Assembly (NCBI GenBank): GCA_039621445.1
Contig: CP154954.1
Location: 49,951,847-50,000,000 of the forward strand
Source: Euglena gracilis
Lineage: Eukaryota
Direction of reading: 5' to 3'
Length of the DNA: 48,154 nucleotides
Shown here: positions 24,331-35,973 of the stretch, piece by piece
Numbering within the stretch: position 1 is the stretch's first letter
Layout: each line of letters starts with the position of its first letter
The notes under the pieces: generated by a model
Seen by the model: only the letters and a program-made list of their open reading frames with translations
What the model was told of the DNA's origin: nothing
The model's database searches: none
Made by a program: the position numbers and the translations under genes

Positions 24331-25961
24331 ACCGTACAGCAAGTCCCAAGACATGCATATACTGCATACATACATGCACACATACATACAAGTAGTATAA
24401 GACATGGAAGACAAACACGGCACACAAAGCACACAGCCCAAGACGGCGGCCCCAGAACAACGCTGAGCTCCGATCTGGGTTCAATCCCCCGGATCATCCC
24501 CAGAACCTCAGGTTTGTGTTTTCCTCTGGCGAAGATCTGCGCCTCTTGAAGACATCACAGCGTGGGTACTTGCAACACCCTGGAGTGTCCAACCCCCCCC
24601 CCCCCGGTCAAAACCTCACCCACGTCACCCGCCAGACGTGACTTCCCCATCCTCAGGGGGAAGGGGGGTATCAAGAGTGAAGGAATTTGGGCGCCTCTCG
24701 TCGGGTGAAATTTCTGCAAAAACGGTGCCACATTTGCCAGCAAATGCAAATCGCCCATGAAAACCTTTGCCTCCGGGTGTCCACAGGGTCGGGGGGGGGG
24801 GCGACCCCTTCCCTTTGGTCAAGGGGATCCCCCCAACTACTCGCTTAGTGACCCGGGGGGGGGGGGGGGGCTCCACGGGAACCACGCCAACCACACAGCT
24901 GAGTGCATGTTTCACAGCGCCAGAATTGAGCCAGAGTTGCTCACCCGGCCAGGGGGGAGCAACACAAGAGCACTGGTGTAAGGGGTCCTTGGCCATTCAC
25001 CACACAAACTGGGACCGGCCATAAACAGGCGAGAAATCTGAGTGCAACTGAGGGGGGGGGGGTCCAGCTCAGAGGCTGGAAAATTGGGGCTGGCGGAAAA
25101 AGGCTGTTGGCTGACCCTCCAGGGCTGTACGCCTGGCGGGGGGAGTCGACCCTCCTCACCCCGGACGTGTCCAGTATCTGCATCCACTTTATTTTGTCCA
25201 GTATCTGCATCTTGTCCAGTATCTCCATCTTGTCCGCATCTGCATCTTGTCCAATATCTGCACTTCCAACCTGGCAAAAATCACCACCAAAGCCCAAAAA
25301 TGACCACAAAAAGCCCCAAAAAGCAACCAAAATAACTTGTGATGACTTGAAATAACCAAAACAGCCCAAAAATGTCCAACAATGCCCACAAAAGATTGTG
25401 AAAAATGACCCAAAATCACCGAAATTGCACAAAATGGCCAAAAATGACATAAACATGCTCATGTTGACCCAAATTGGCCCAATATGTGCTCAAAGCATCA
25501 CAAAATGCCCCCCAAACCAGCGAAAAATTACACCAAAATGGCAAAGATGGGTGCAATATTAGAAATTTGTGGAAATGATTGCTTATTTATCTGAAAATGG
25601 GTTTGATTCTTCAATACATACGAAAAATGCCAGCATCGCCCAGCATTGGAACCCCAGATCTGGTCTCCAAAAATCCAGCATCACCCAGCATCGCCCAGCA
25701 TCAGCAGACGTACTTGCCCGGGGAGTAGCCCAGCCCGGCTGGATCGACCCCACCTCCCCACCCACCACAGCACCCGCGCAAGGACGAGCACCCTCGGCGC
25801 CGATTTGTTTCCTTGCAGACAACCATCGTTATTCCTTTTGGCCACCTCCTAACAAAGACGAACAATTTTTCAGAGTCACCTCAGTGGACTCCACTGTAGT
25901 CCACCCCCTGTGGTTGGTGGGAGAGGGGTGTTTCTAAGACCCCAGGGTTCAGGAGGGTGCG

Positions 25962-26401
25962 CAGGGAAGGATGGGAAGCCTTGAAGGGGGGGGGTCGGAC
26001 CCCCCTCCCAACACGGAGGGGGGGGGGTCGGACCCCCCCCCCCTCATACCTCGAAACTGAGGGGGGGAGGGCCGAAAATTTTTCGATTTCATGCAAAGGG
26101 CCGGAAATCGGGTCGAACCCGGTCAAAAATCCCTGATTTTTCTTTGAAAATGGATCCAAAATGCTCATTTTTTGAATTTTTTGAACATTTTTTGGGGGGA
26201 AAACACCAACACATCAAAAAATGGGCAATATGGCCAAAAGTCAGCAAAAGGGGTGTTTTTGTTCATTTTCCGGAAGAAAATTTTCTGCTATTTTTGGCAC
26301 CTGTCAAGGAGGGGGGGTGGGGGGTCCAGACCCCAGTCCCAACATCTAGGGGGGGGGGGGGGGGGTCGGGACAATACCGAAGGGCTTCCCATCCATCCCT
26401 G
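25962..26401. mobile_element. MITE with ~20-bp TIR and 8-bp TSD
   Basis: TIR cagggaaggatgggaagcc / ggcttcccatccatccctg. TSD agggtgcg / agggtgag (7/8). Confidence 0.8.
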
Positions 26402-27621
26402 AGGGTGAGTGCGTCTTCAATCCCCTGTCATTCAGACCCACAAAATTGGAGGGAGGACAGAAATGGGCAAAGGGGCAAAAATACGAACGTTGCCTGCCAC
26501 TGGACAACCTATCACCACAGGAGCGGTGGTCTTTAATTCATCAATTTAAATTGTGAGGGAGAGGTAGGCACGCAAGGCAAATACAAACTGTGGGATGGGA
26601 TTCAGTGCTGCACGGATATAGGCACAGGCAGCGTCCACAATCTGCTGTCGGCTGGGGAAGCAGCGAGGGAAGGCCTGAACAGGGGTCGGAATTGGTTGGT
26701 TTTGAATTTTGACTGATTTCAATAAAATGAGAATGGTTGCACCAAATACATGCAAATACCGAATTACTACGGTGTCTTTTGTTGGCATAGTCATTATGAT
26801 AGTCACCGCCTTTGACCGGCTATCCACCTTCCACCCCTCGGGGTTCGTGCACAGTGTTCTATTTTTCGTTATTATTTTCTATTTATTTGAATTATTATCT
26901 ATTATTTCAGCAAATAAAAGAAAATTAAATTCAGCACAGCAGAGCCTCAGCAGGCAAAGAGCGGAGGGGATAAACCCAGCAAAAAAAACACTTTTTTTGC
27001 ATATTATCCATTTTGGGTCTTGGGGCAACAAATAAAAACAAGAACATCACATTTGCGCTTTTGAAGAAATTCTGAGTTGAAAAACATTTTCTAAAATACC
27101 ATATTTTCTGCTGACCAATATCGAAATTGAGGTGGGGTACCACCAACCCCTCACCCCACATCGTCAAGGCAGTTGATGTTCAGGACTTGCTCTGGGGTGA
27201 GGCGAAACCGTTACATCCCTGTGGGATGTGAAGTGGGCAGGGCCAAGGGAGCGGGCCCTGATCTCCGCGGGGGGGGGGGGGGCAGCGCCTGTCGACAATG
27301 CCGAGGCCCAAAGAAGCGTGCAGCCGCGGGCCGCGCAATGGGAATGTCATCACTGCGGCAGAGAGAGGGCTTGGGGAGGCACGAGAGGGGTCCACCGCCC
27401 AGGAAGGCCAGGGATTTGGAAAGCCGAGGGGTGGATTTGAATCAATTTTTGCAAAAAATTGCAAAAAAAATGAGCTGGGCAGCCCGACGTTCTCCGCGTT
27501 TAGCGCCACCCAGACCTAAAAACCCCGACCACAAACAAAACCCACCGTTGAGGCTGGAAGAAAGCTGCTGGCTGGTCGGACTTCCCTCTGGCTTCAATGC
27601 CGCCACGGAGGCACACTGGTA

Positions 27622-27971
27622 CCTCCCCCCCTCCCTTGTCGTTGACATGCCAATGTTCCAGGAAAGTGTCGTTGACACGGGGTGTGTGTCAACGACACGC
27701 CGTGTCAACGACACAGAACCATAAATAAATTGACCGCACCAGTGACAATGAATGACCCCGTGAATGCATGTCCGCCGCACTGTGGCCAGTGTGAATGGGG
27801 ATGACAATCGAAGCCATGGATGGAAAGAAGATTCAACACATTTTTGAAATGTTCATGCTGAAATTTATCAGGACTGTGGCCAACGCAAAAGAAAAAAATA
27901 TGTTCCAGGAAAGTGTCGTTGACACGGGGGTGTGTCAACAACACGCCGTGTCAACGACAAGGGGGGGGAGG
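27622..27971. mobile_element. TA-flanked MITE (gtcgttgacac family)
   Basis: TA|cctccccc...cttgtcgttgaca ... tgtcaacgacaagggggggagg|TA. Relatives at 30576-30686 and ~7902-10298 (interrupted). Confidence 0.75.
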
Positions 27972-29444
27972 TACCGAAGAGGAAGGATCCTTTGGCGTTT
28001 CCTGAAACTGTGTTGATGGGCGATGCATACGACGACTTTGAGCACTTATACCCACACATCTGATGGTGGGGGCCACCCTCTCTGGTGGGGTCAACAATCC
28101 TCCACGGGGTTCAGAGCACAACCGAATGCCTCTCTAGAGTTTTTGTCCAGCTGCGGGTGCTGCTCTGAACCCATCAGATGGAGGATTAATGGGGCGAGGC
28201 CTCGCTGGAGCAGAGGTGGGTTTGACCAACCACCGCAGCAGCGGCAAAAGGATGGTTGCAAACGTCCACTCTCAACGACTCAAGGGCAACAAGACAGGAT
28301 GGGCTCACTGGCCAGAAGGCAAAATTACAGAGAAGTGGGAAAAAAGACGTTATTCAAATTTATAAATTCATAAATTTATAGAATAATTTATAAAGTAGTT
28401 TCTTGTTGCCAAACTTCCTCCCAAATCATTGAGGGGTTTAAATCAATGGAAAATGGGGGGAAAATATGAAGCCGGGTATCCCCCCCCCAGGAATTGTCAC
28501 CTTTTGTACACGACAAATCAGCCAATACGAGAAGAAAATCAGCAACTTCCTGGATGTGTGACAACCATGGGGGGGGGATATTTTCAGTGGTTTCAATTTC
28601 ATTTGATATTGTTTGTGTAGCAGATAGTGGAGGCCGCCACAAGCAAGTCAGATGACGGGTCAATCTGGGACTTCACAAACAGTCGCAGAGGGAGGGATTG
28701 CTGGCAGTCCAGCCCAAAGGGCTGATTGCCGCAAATGAAACCGAAAGTTAGGTAGGGACCCTGACTTAGCCTGGGCCTGCAGGTCCGGCTGGCAAAAAAA
28801 GTGCCTGACCTGATCATAGAATCCATCTTGAGAAATTCCAGAAAAGGCACTGGATTCAAAATAGTGTTATGAAAAAAACCACCCACGTTTGGGATTCTTG
28901 ATCGTTTTCCTGTTGGATTGGATGTTGGATATTACATGGTAACACAGAAGAAAATACAGGAGCCATGCGGCCTGCATAATATCCTGTCTATTTTGCCTGC
29001 AGTATCATCAGACACAGACGCCTGATACTTTGCATCCCGGCATATATCCATCCGTTCATTCCCCCATCAATGATGCTTTGCCTGCCGGTGGGGCTGCCCA
29101 TCTTTGTGCAGGTTGATGCACAAATGAAAGGTGTACACTTGCATCGCGTGCCGTCCTGTCATCAATGTGGGCAGCACCATCTTTGGGACTCATCAGTGCG
29201 CAGATTGTACAGTAGAGTACCGCCCGTCTGTCAAATTTGGCAACGCAAGGAAAGGTGCAGCCACTATAACGCATAGAATGGCTGCGGAAAGGAGCATCGC
29301 CAGAGTTGGGGGGGGCACCAATACCACGCTGTCCGCCCCCACCGCTACCCAGTGAGGTGCTCCGTCCCGTGCAGTGCCAGGGGTCATTTCCAAGCCAGGG
29401 ACCCCGGGCCACCCACCTGAACGAGCGCCTGGTGGGCGGTCGGC

Positions 29445-32400
29445 TCAACAGTCAGGGACGTTAAGAGCTCGCAGCATGTCCAGCAGAGGTTCAGACCAGG
29501 GCTTCGCTTTTAAACCCACCTCCTCGGGAGTCTGATTGAGAGGCTCGCTCCTAAAGTCAGGCAAGCAGAAATTTGGGTGGCTGGAAAAGGCATCTGGAAG
29601 CCCCATTTGGATCCCAGAGGTGGGACTTGGTTAAGAGCTCGCGTTGGACCAAACGCAGAAAAAAAATTTTGAATGCAAAAAATGCAAAAAAAGGAGACCT
29701 CAGTGAGCAGCAAACTGTAAACGTCGCCCAAAAAAATGTCAGACCCAAAAGCTGAGATATACCTTTGAACAGGCATTTTTTAAGGCGCCTTAGAACCCTT
29801 AAATTTCTGGAAAAAAATTCGCCAAAATGACTTACCTTAAAACATTAAAAAACCTTACAAAAATCTTAAAATATCGTTCTAGAAAATTTCAGAATTTTGA
29901 ACAAAAAAGAAATCGCAAAATCTCGGCAAAAACAGGCCAACTCTGGGTGAAAAATGACATCTGGCAATACCCCCTGGTCAAGCTTCGGCTTCAGGGAAGC
30001 CCTGGCTGCAGGCTGTCCGGCAGTGCAGGAGGAGCAGGGACAGGCTCCAGCAGGGCGAAATTCCCGAAGGCGTTGCGGGCTTGGCAGCAGCGACCCTCCC
30101 CCTCACCCAGGCCCGGGCCAGGGTGGCTCCACCGCTCCACCACGCCCCCCAACTTCGGCCGGCCGGCCACTCGTCCTTTCGCGCCGCCCGACGCCGGCCC
30201 TGGTTCAAATTGATGGCCCATGAAAAAGCCACGGAAAGAAGCCACCACCAAAGTCCAGTTTGAAATGACTGGCAGGGAGGTTCAGGGGCCCATGTGGGGT
30301 ACTGCGCCATAGCAAACTTCGCCAAAAACGCTTTTAAAAAAACCAGAAATATATCAGAAATCCTCCAGCATCGGGACAAAGCGTTGTATTAAAGAAAGGG
30401 GGGGTTTGCAGACGAAAGTTTGTGGAAAAGGTTGTGGATTCCCATCAGGGACATGCTCAACAATGCACACTGGGGACATGCAGGGCTGTAGTGAAAATGG
30501 TGAAGGCCAAACCCCACTGGAAGGCACCGAAAGCAAACATTGACCTAACACTAAGGATAAGGTTGGGAGAGGGTACCTCCCCCCCTTGTCGTTGACACAC
30601 CAATGTTCCAGGAAAGTGCCGTTGACACGGGGGGGGGGGGAGTCAGCGACACGCAGTGTCAACAACAAGGGGGCGCGGGGGGGGGGTAACGTCGCGTATT
30701 TTCTTTTTGCACCCAGGGTTCACCACACCCACCCAGCCTGGCACAGCACTTCCACCCTTCCAAAGCCATTCAGTCGTTTTTTTCAGAAGACCGTGGGTGG
30801 GGGGCAGGGGTGGCGACTCTGGGCTCCATGGATAAATCACCACAAATGCGATGAAAAAGAGCAAAAAATGAAGGCGTGGATCACTTTGGTTTCTCCCCAC
30901 CCCACCTCCCGTGGGGTTCGGGCCCAAAACCAACCAGGTACTCTGAAAACAGCCCAGTCAATCAGCCACAATTGGGCGGACGACTGGTGTCCAAATGACT
31001 GTATGGTCTCAATTTTCAAAAAAAAAGTCTTGCATTTCACGTTGAAACCAGTCAATTTTTTAAGCACTGCCCCCCCCCCCCCCCCGGGGGACTGACTGCT
31101 TTTTTTCAGAGTGACTGACTGGTTTTGGGCCCGGCCTCCCCCTGGGGAGGGGGGGGGGTCGGCCAGGGGTGGGCAAAAGTGGCCTAAAATGGCCTAAAGT
31201 GACTGGAAAGTGGCTGGTTTTCCTGGGTGGCCGACCCAGGGGGGGGGGAGGTAGTGACTGTACCCGGTGGGGGGGGGTAGTGATGACTGACTGGCTTCCC
31301 AAAAAAAGTGACTGACTGGTTTTTCAAAAAGTGGAGTAACCCCCCCCCGGGGGTCGGTAAAAAATTGTATGGTTGAAACCACAGGGCATTAAAGACCACG
31401 GTCCCAATGGTTTGGGTTGCCCTCACCTGCAGCCAAAGAGCTAACCCTCTAACTTTTTCCCCAAAAACTCCGAAACCAGGCATTTTGGCAGGTTTTGGGT
31501 GTCCCCCCCCCCACTTTGGGAAATTAGGGGGCTGCTGGACTGGCCAGGTCCGCGTCCAGGTCTGCCAACGCCGGCTGTACTGGAACCCCCGTCTCAGGGG
31601 GTGGCGAGGTGGAAAGACACACACAGCTGCTGAGATTCACGGTGGAGGGCGAGGGGGAGAAGAAAAGAGGCATTCGCCAATTTTCATTTTTTTGTGAGAA
31701 ACCTGCCAGTTATTTTCTGACTGAGGGGATGACTGCAAGGGATGACTGCAGGGAGGTCGTGGGGGGAAAAAGTGGATCACAGAGTCCAAACAAGAACTTA
31801 CTATTTGAAGGAAGTGACGGGCTTCTGGTCAGGAGAAACCAGTCGACACCTCCGCAAACCAGGCTGGCGTTGAAGACAGGGCGTTTTGCTCAGAGACCCC
31901 AGGGGTCCAGCTCAAAAAGCTGGATAAATTGGGCTGGCTGGAAAAAGGCAACTAACTGGCTGACCCATGAGGTCCCAGGTTTGAACCGAGTAAAAAAAAA
32001 ATCGAAACTGCAAAAATGTTCAAAAACTTGATTGTCGGGGGGGGGGGTTGATATCGAAGGCCTTGGGGAAAATTGCAGGAAAATTGTGAAAAATTTGCAG
32101 AAATTGCAGCAAGATTGTGGAAAAAAAGGTGACGGGAATGGAACACATTTCTGCTGGAGGGACTTTTAAATTTTCACAAATTTGGTCATTTGCAATGTAG
32201 GTAAGTTTTGAGACATTTTCAAAATGTTTAAAGTTGACTTGGCAGACTTGCAACAAAATAACACCTGGGCTCCCTGATGAAACGTTCAAGGAATGGCCGG
32301 AACTCATTTCGCCTTCCATCTCAGGTTCATGCGGAAAAATTACGGAAAGGGTAAAAAATGCGGCAAAAATGCGGAAATTGCAAAACGTGTTCTAACCCGC

Positions 32401-35400
32401 ACCCTGCTTTATTCAGCTCACTCATTATGAATCCGGGAACAGACTGCCCAACCACATGGCATCGAAACTGCGGAAAAATTGCGGGTATTAACTACCTGCC
32501 CCCCCCCCTTGTCGTACGACCGGGTTCCTGCAACCTGTGACCGGGGGGGGGGGGTCATAACACCCCTATAACCTGAAACCTGTGACCGGGGGGTGGTCGT
32601 AAATGGGGGGGCAGTCTTTGGTAAGGTGGTGTTAAAATTTTTGCAACCTCAACCTGTGACCAGGGGGGGTGGTCATAACACCCCCATGACCTGCAACCTG
32701 TGACCGGGGGGTGGTCGTAAATGAGGGGTGGTCGTACGACAGGGGGGGGGGGGTAAGTTGACCTTTTGACCAAAATTTGCCCTGGTCAGCCAGCCCAATG
32801 AAATCAAATAATTCAAACTCGTCCATGGGGGAGAAGCGGGTCCGGGGCTGGAAAAAGCCTGCTGGCTGGCTGGGTGGACCCCCCGGGGGGGTCAAATTTC
32901 TTTTAAGCAGCACCCTGGTTGCAGAAACCAACCTGAAGAATGACAATGATGATCCAAGGCAACAGTGTGGGTGGGATTGGGTCACAAGGGGCTGGCGCCG
33001 TGGATGCTGGGCGCAGGCTGAAGGGGTGGACATGGGCCGGGCAGGGTCAGGCGCTGACGGGCTGCACGAGTTGGGCGAAGCTGGAAGGGGGGAGGCCCAC
33101 AGATTGATTCAAAAACCCAGCGAGAGGAGGTTCTTCAAAAAAAAACCTGCTCGCCAACCTTCTTTAGGGAAAACAAAACTGACCATCCAGGACAACACCC
33201 ACAAATTGGCCCCAAATCGTCAAAATGGTTGTCAGGGGAATGGTTCATTTCCCTGACCACACAGCTTTGCATTTCGCGCAAAAGAAGCCGCACGCCCAAC
33301 CCCCCCCCCCGGCACACCGGCGGCCTTCGTCAGCGCCCGGGCGCCGCACCGCCATCGGGATCGGCGGCGGCTCCGACGGCGGGGCGAGCGATGGCCGGGC
33401 CACCGAGCCGGCGGCCCCCGGGGGGTTGGAGGTGGGGAGAAGGGGCCACTGGGGCGGGGCGGCCGGCGAACGGGCGGGGTGCGGAGGCACCCTGCGGCGA
33501 CTCGGGTTGCGACGGGTGGCCCGCCCGGCGTTGGGACAGAGGGGCTGACCACGGCAGCTGACAGCTGCCAAGGTGTGGCACTTGCGGAAATGCCTGGCGG
33601 GGTGCCAGGTTATTGGAAGCAACTTTTGGCCCTGCCCCCCCCCCCCGCCAGGCTATTTGGGCCACTTTTTCAGCGCCGTAAAGGAATTTTGCGGACCTCG
33701 CCGAGTTGCTGGAACCATCTTTTTTGCCCCTCCCCCCGCCAAGTCATTCGGCCCCCACCAGGAGCAAGGACCCCGCCAGGTTATTTGGGGGGGTTTACGT
33801 CCAGATGTGAATGGCATGTGAATTTCCATGCAGACGTGGATACATGTTTAACTCCTGATACACGTCAGCCAACCTAACCTGATTGCTTGCGATGGCTAAA
33901 CCCTGACCCTCCCCCACAAACAGAAGCACGGTTTCACTTCGACTTGGACCCAAACTGTGCAATTTTTGCGGATTTCTTTGCAAATTCCAACCAGATGAGT
34001 GTGCTATAGAAGCAGGAGAGTGCTTTTATTTGGAACCTACGCTTGTGGCGACCCCGCGGCTACATGGGGGGGTTACACCTGGTTAGAAAAAATAGAAACA
34101 AACAGACAGACAGACAAGTTTCTTTTCTGGGGCTGACTTGCCATCCCAGGTGCAAGGTTCATCAGTGGCACGAAATGTGGGGCGAAACGTCGCCCTGGAT
34201 TCACACACCATACCACCACCCCCTCCAGTTTTGAATAATCCCCAATTTTGGGGGGTTCATTTAGGTGGTTGGGGTTTGGTTAGGTGGTAAGGGGTATTTT
34301 TCCCCCTCCCCAAAATGATGAAAACATCGTAAAGATCATTTTTGACTCTCTAACTCCAATCTCACACAATGTTTTCAATCGGAGAAGGACAGAAGAAGCA
34401 GGGTGGACACAGGACCACAGAAGACCTCCACTGGCGGCGTGGGCTGGGGCTGGGGGATGATGTATCCAGCAGGGGCTCACAACCGCAACAAGACTGTGAC
34501 ACCGCATGGAAAAAAAAAGTGTTGCCTGACACACGTTGCCGCTCAGGGCAGAGAGGCAGGTGGACGGGGGCCCCTGGCCGGGGTGCAGCTTGCTGCACTT
34601 CGGGCCAAACTTGCACTGCCCTGTCATGGCCCACACCTCACACACGTAGATTCACTTAGTGGATTCCCTCAGGGGGACATTTTCCGTTTCCCAAACCCAC
34701 CCACCCACTTTTTTCGAAAGCCCACCCACCCACCCACGGCCCCCCCCCTCCCCCGCAAGTCAACCACCCACCCACCCACCCACCATAAAATCCAGCTAAA
34801 ATCGTCCGAAAACGCTGAAAAAACTTTCCGGACAAGCCTTTGGCGGTAGCGCATCGCCTGGAGGGGGGATCCAGAGGCCACGACCCACCCATCACCGTCC
34901 TGTTAAGTGAATCTATGCTCACACACTTGCCGGCCGGCCTGGGCCTGCACCGCCCCGGACAGCTGCCGGTAATCTGAGAGGTCCGGGTGGGCGAACCGGC
35001 ACCGGGGGGACTGCCCCCGCCTCCCCCCCATCCGCCAGGTGATGGGGCACACAAAAAGATATGTGAAAAGCACAAACACCCACGAAAGATATCGCGATGC
35101 CTGCGGTCCCAGCGGACAGCAAAATCAAATCCCTCCCCAAAAAGACCAAAAAGGCAAAAAAGGCAAAAAATGCTGAGTGTGGATCATCTAGTTCATGTTG
35201 TAAAGTTCTGAGATCAAAAAATGAACACAAAAGATCTGCCTCCCTCCACAAAAATTAATTGGCATGTCCCCGGCTCGTATACTTTCTTGCTTGCCGAGAC
35301 ACCGGTTGCCTGCATGCACCGTGACATGCTTATGAAATGAAATTGGATCCCATTCAAAGGACAATACCCAGCCAGTGTCACTCCTAACCCCCCACCAAGC

Positions 35401-35973
35401 CAAGAGGTTTAAAATGGTCTAAGCCTGAAACCAGATTGGGCTTAATTTGCCTGGAGGGTGAGTGCCCCAGAGAGTGACAACCGGTCATTGACTTTACTGA
35501 ACCATTTCACCGAAGGGGAAAAAGCTGGCCAGAGAAAGGAACAAACTAATTACGCACAAGAGCCATTCATTGATACAAGGCGGCCACGGGAGTGAGCCGA
35601 CGGGAGCACGGTCGCCCAAACTTGAATTCCGGCTCAAGTTAGGGTTCCGGCACGGAAGTGAGGTTGCACGGCAGTGAGTAAGAAGTAGCACTTTCCGACC
35701 CCGGAGGCCTGGACGACCCCTGCGTACGGCCCCAGGGGGACCGCGGCCCAAACTCTAACCCCAAAGGGGAGCACCGGGTCGCGAGGCGGGGGCAGGCCGC
35801 CGCCGCACGCAGCGGCCCTTCAGGTAGTCGAGGCACACCCGGGGCTGGTCCCCCTTGTCCTCCCGGGCCGGGGGCTTCGACGCCTTCGCCCCGGGCAGCT
35901 GGAGAGCAGTGGCCGGCGGCCCGTCGCCGTCGAGGCGGATAATGGAAGGGAGGGCGGAGGGCGGGAGGTGCAT
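29445..35973 (-). CDS. Tandem CCCH zinc-finger protein, paralog C (most divergent copy, at least 9 coding exons)
   Basis: Exons: 35799-35973, 34921-35003, 34580-34639, ~34390-34464, ~33343-33530, 33013-33042, 31541-31618, 30008-30082, 29445-29491. Product: MHLPPSAL...DKGDQPRVCLDYLKGRCVRRRCRFAHP...VCEVWAMTGQCKFGPKCSKLHPYII...DLDADLAKARNAFG...PLLDMLRALNVPDC*. The middle junctions are approximate. Confidence 0.78.
29492..30007 (-). other. Nonconventional intron specific to paralog C (last intron)
   Basis: 5' end CTGC|AGC-CAGGGCTTC pairs perfectly (9 bp) with 3' GAAGCCCTG-GTCTG|AA. Removal restores the conserved C-terminal PLLDMLRALN motif in frame. Confidence 0.75.
30576..30686. mobile_element. 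Short member of the gtcgttgacac MITE family
   Basis: Same termini as 27622-27971, flanked by TA. Confidence 0.65.
31049..31371. mobile_element. MITE, inverted member of the 23071-23432 family
   Basis: Ends cagtcaatttttta / taaaaaattgtatg. Perfect TSD gttgaaac at 31041-31048 and 31372-31379. Confidence 0.85.
32495..32753. mobile_element. TA-flanked MITE (acctgcaacctgtgaccgggg family)
   Basis: TA|cctgccc...ttgtcgtacgacc ... ggtcgtacgacagggg...|TA. Other members at 14247-14617 and 8022-10220 (interrupted). Confidence 0.75.
34640..34920 (-). other. Nonconventional intron specific to paralog C = TIR element 34645-34917 plus one TSD copy
   Basis: Perfect 8-bp repeat ctcacaca at 34637-34644 and 34918-34925. 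14-bp TIR cgtagattcactta / taagtgaatctatg with 1 mismatch. It splits V-C|E-V of zinc finger 2; A and B are uninterrupted here. Confidence 0.88.

Noticed and set aside
28600-29440. Possible extra coding region downstream of paralog C
   Set aside because: No recognisable motif and stops in most frames; its position fits a 3' UTR or spacer.
29991-29993. TGA as the normal stop codon of paralog C
   Set aside because: A homolog of the conserved C-terminal motif lies at 29445-29491 and joins in frame via a well-paired intron, so this stop is intronic.
2333-35973. Interpreting the CCCH segments as pseudogene fragments or a misassembly
   Set aside because: Exon order and phase are preserved, substitutions are biased to synonymous sites, and the copies have distinct introns.
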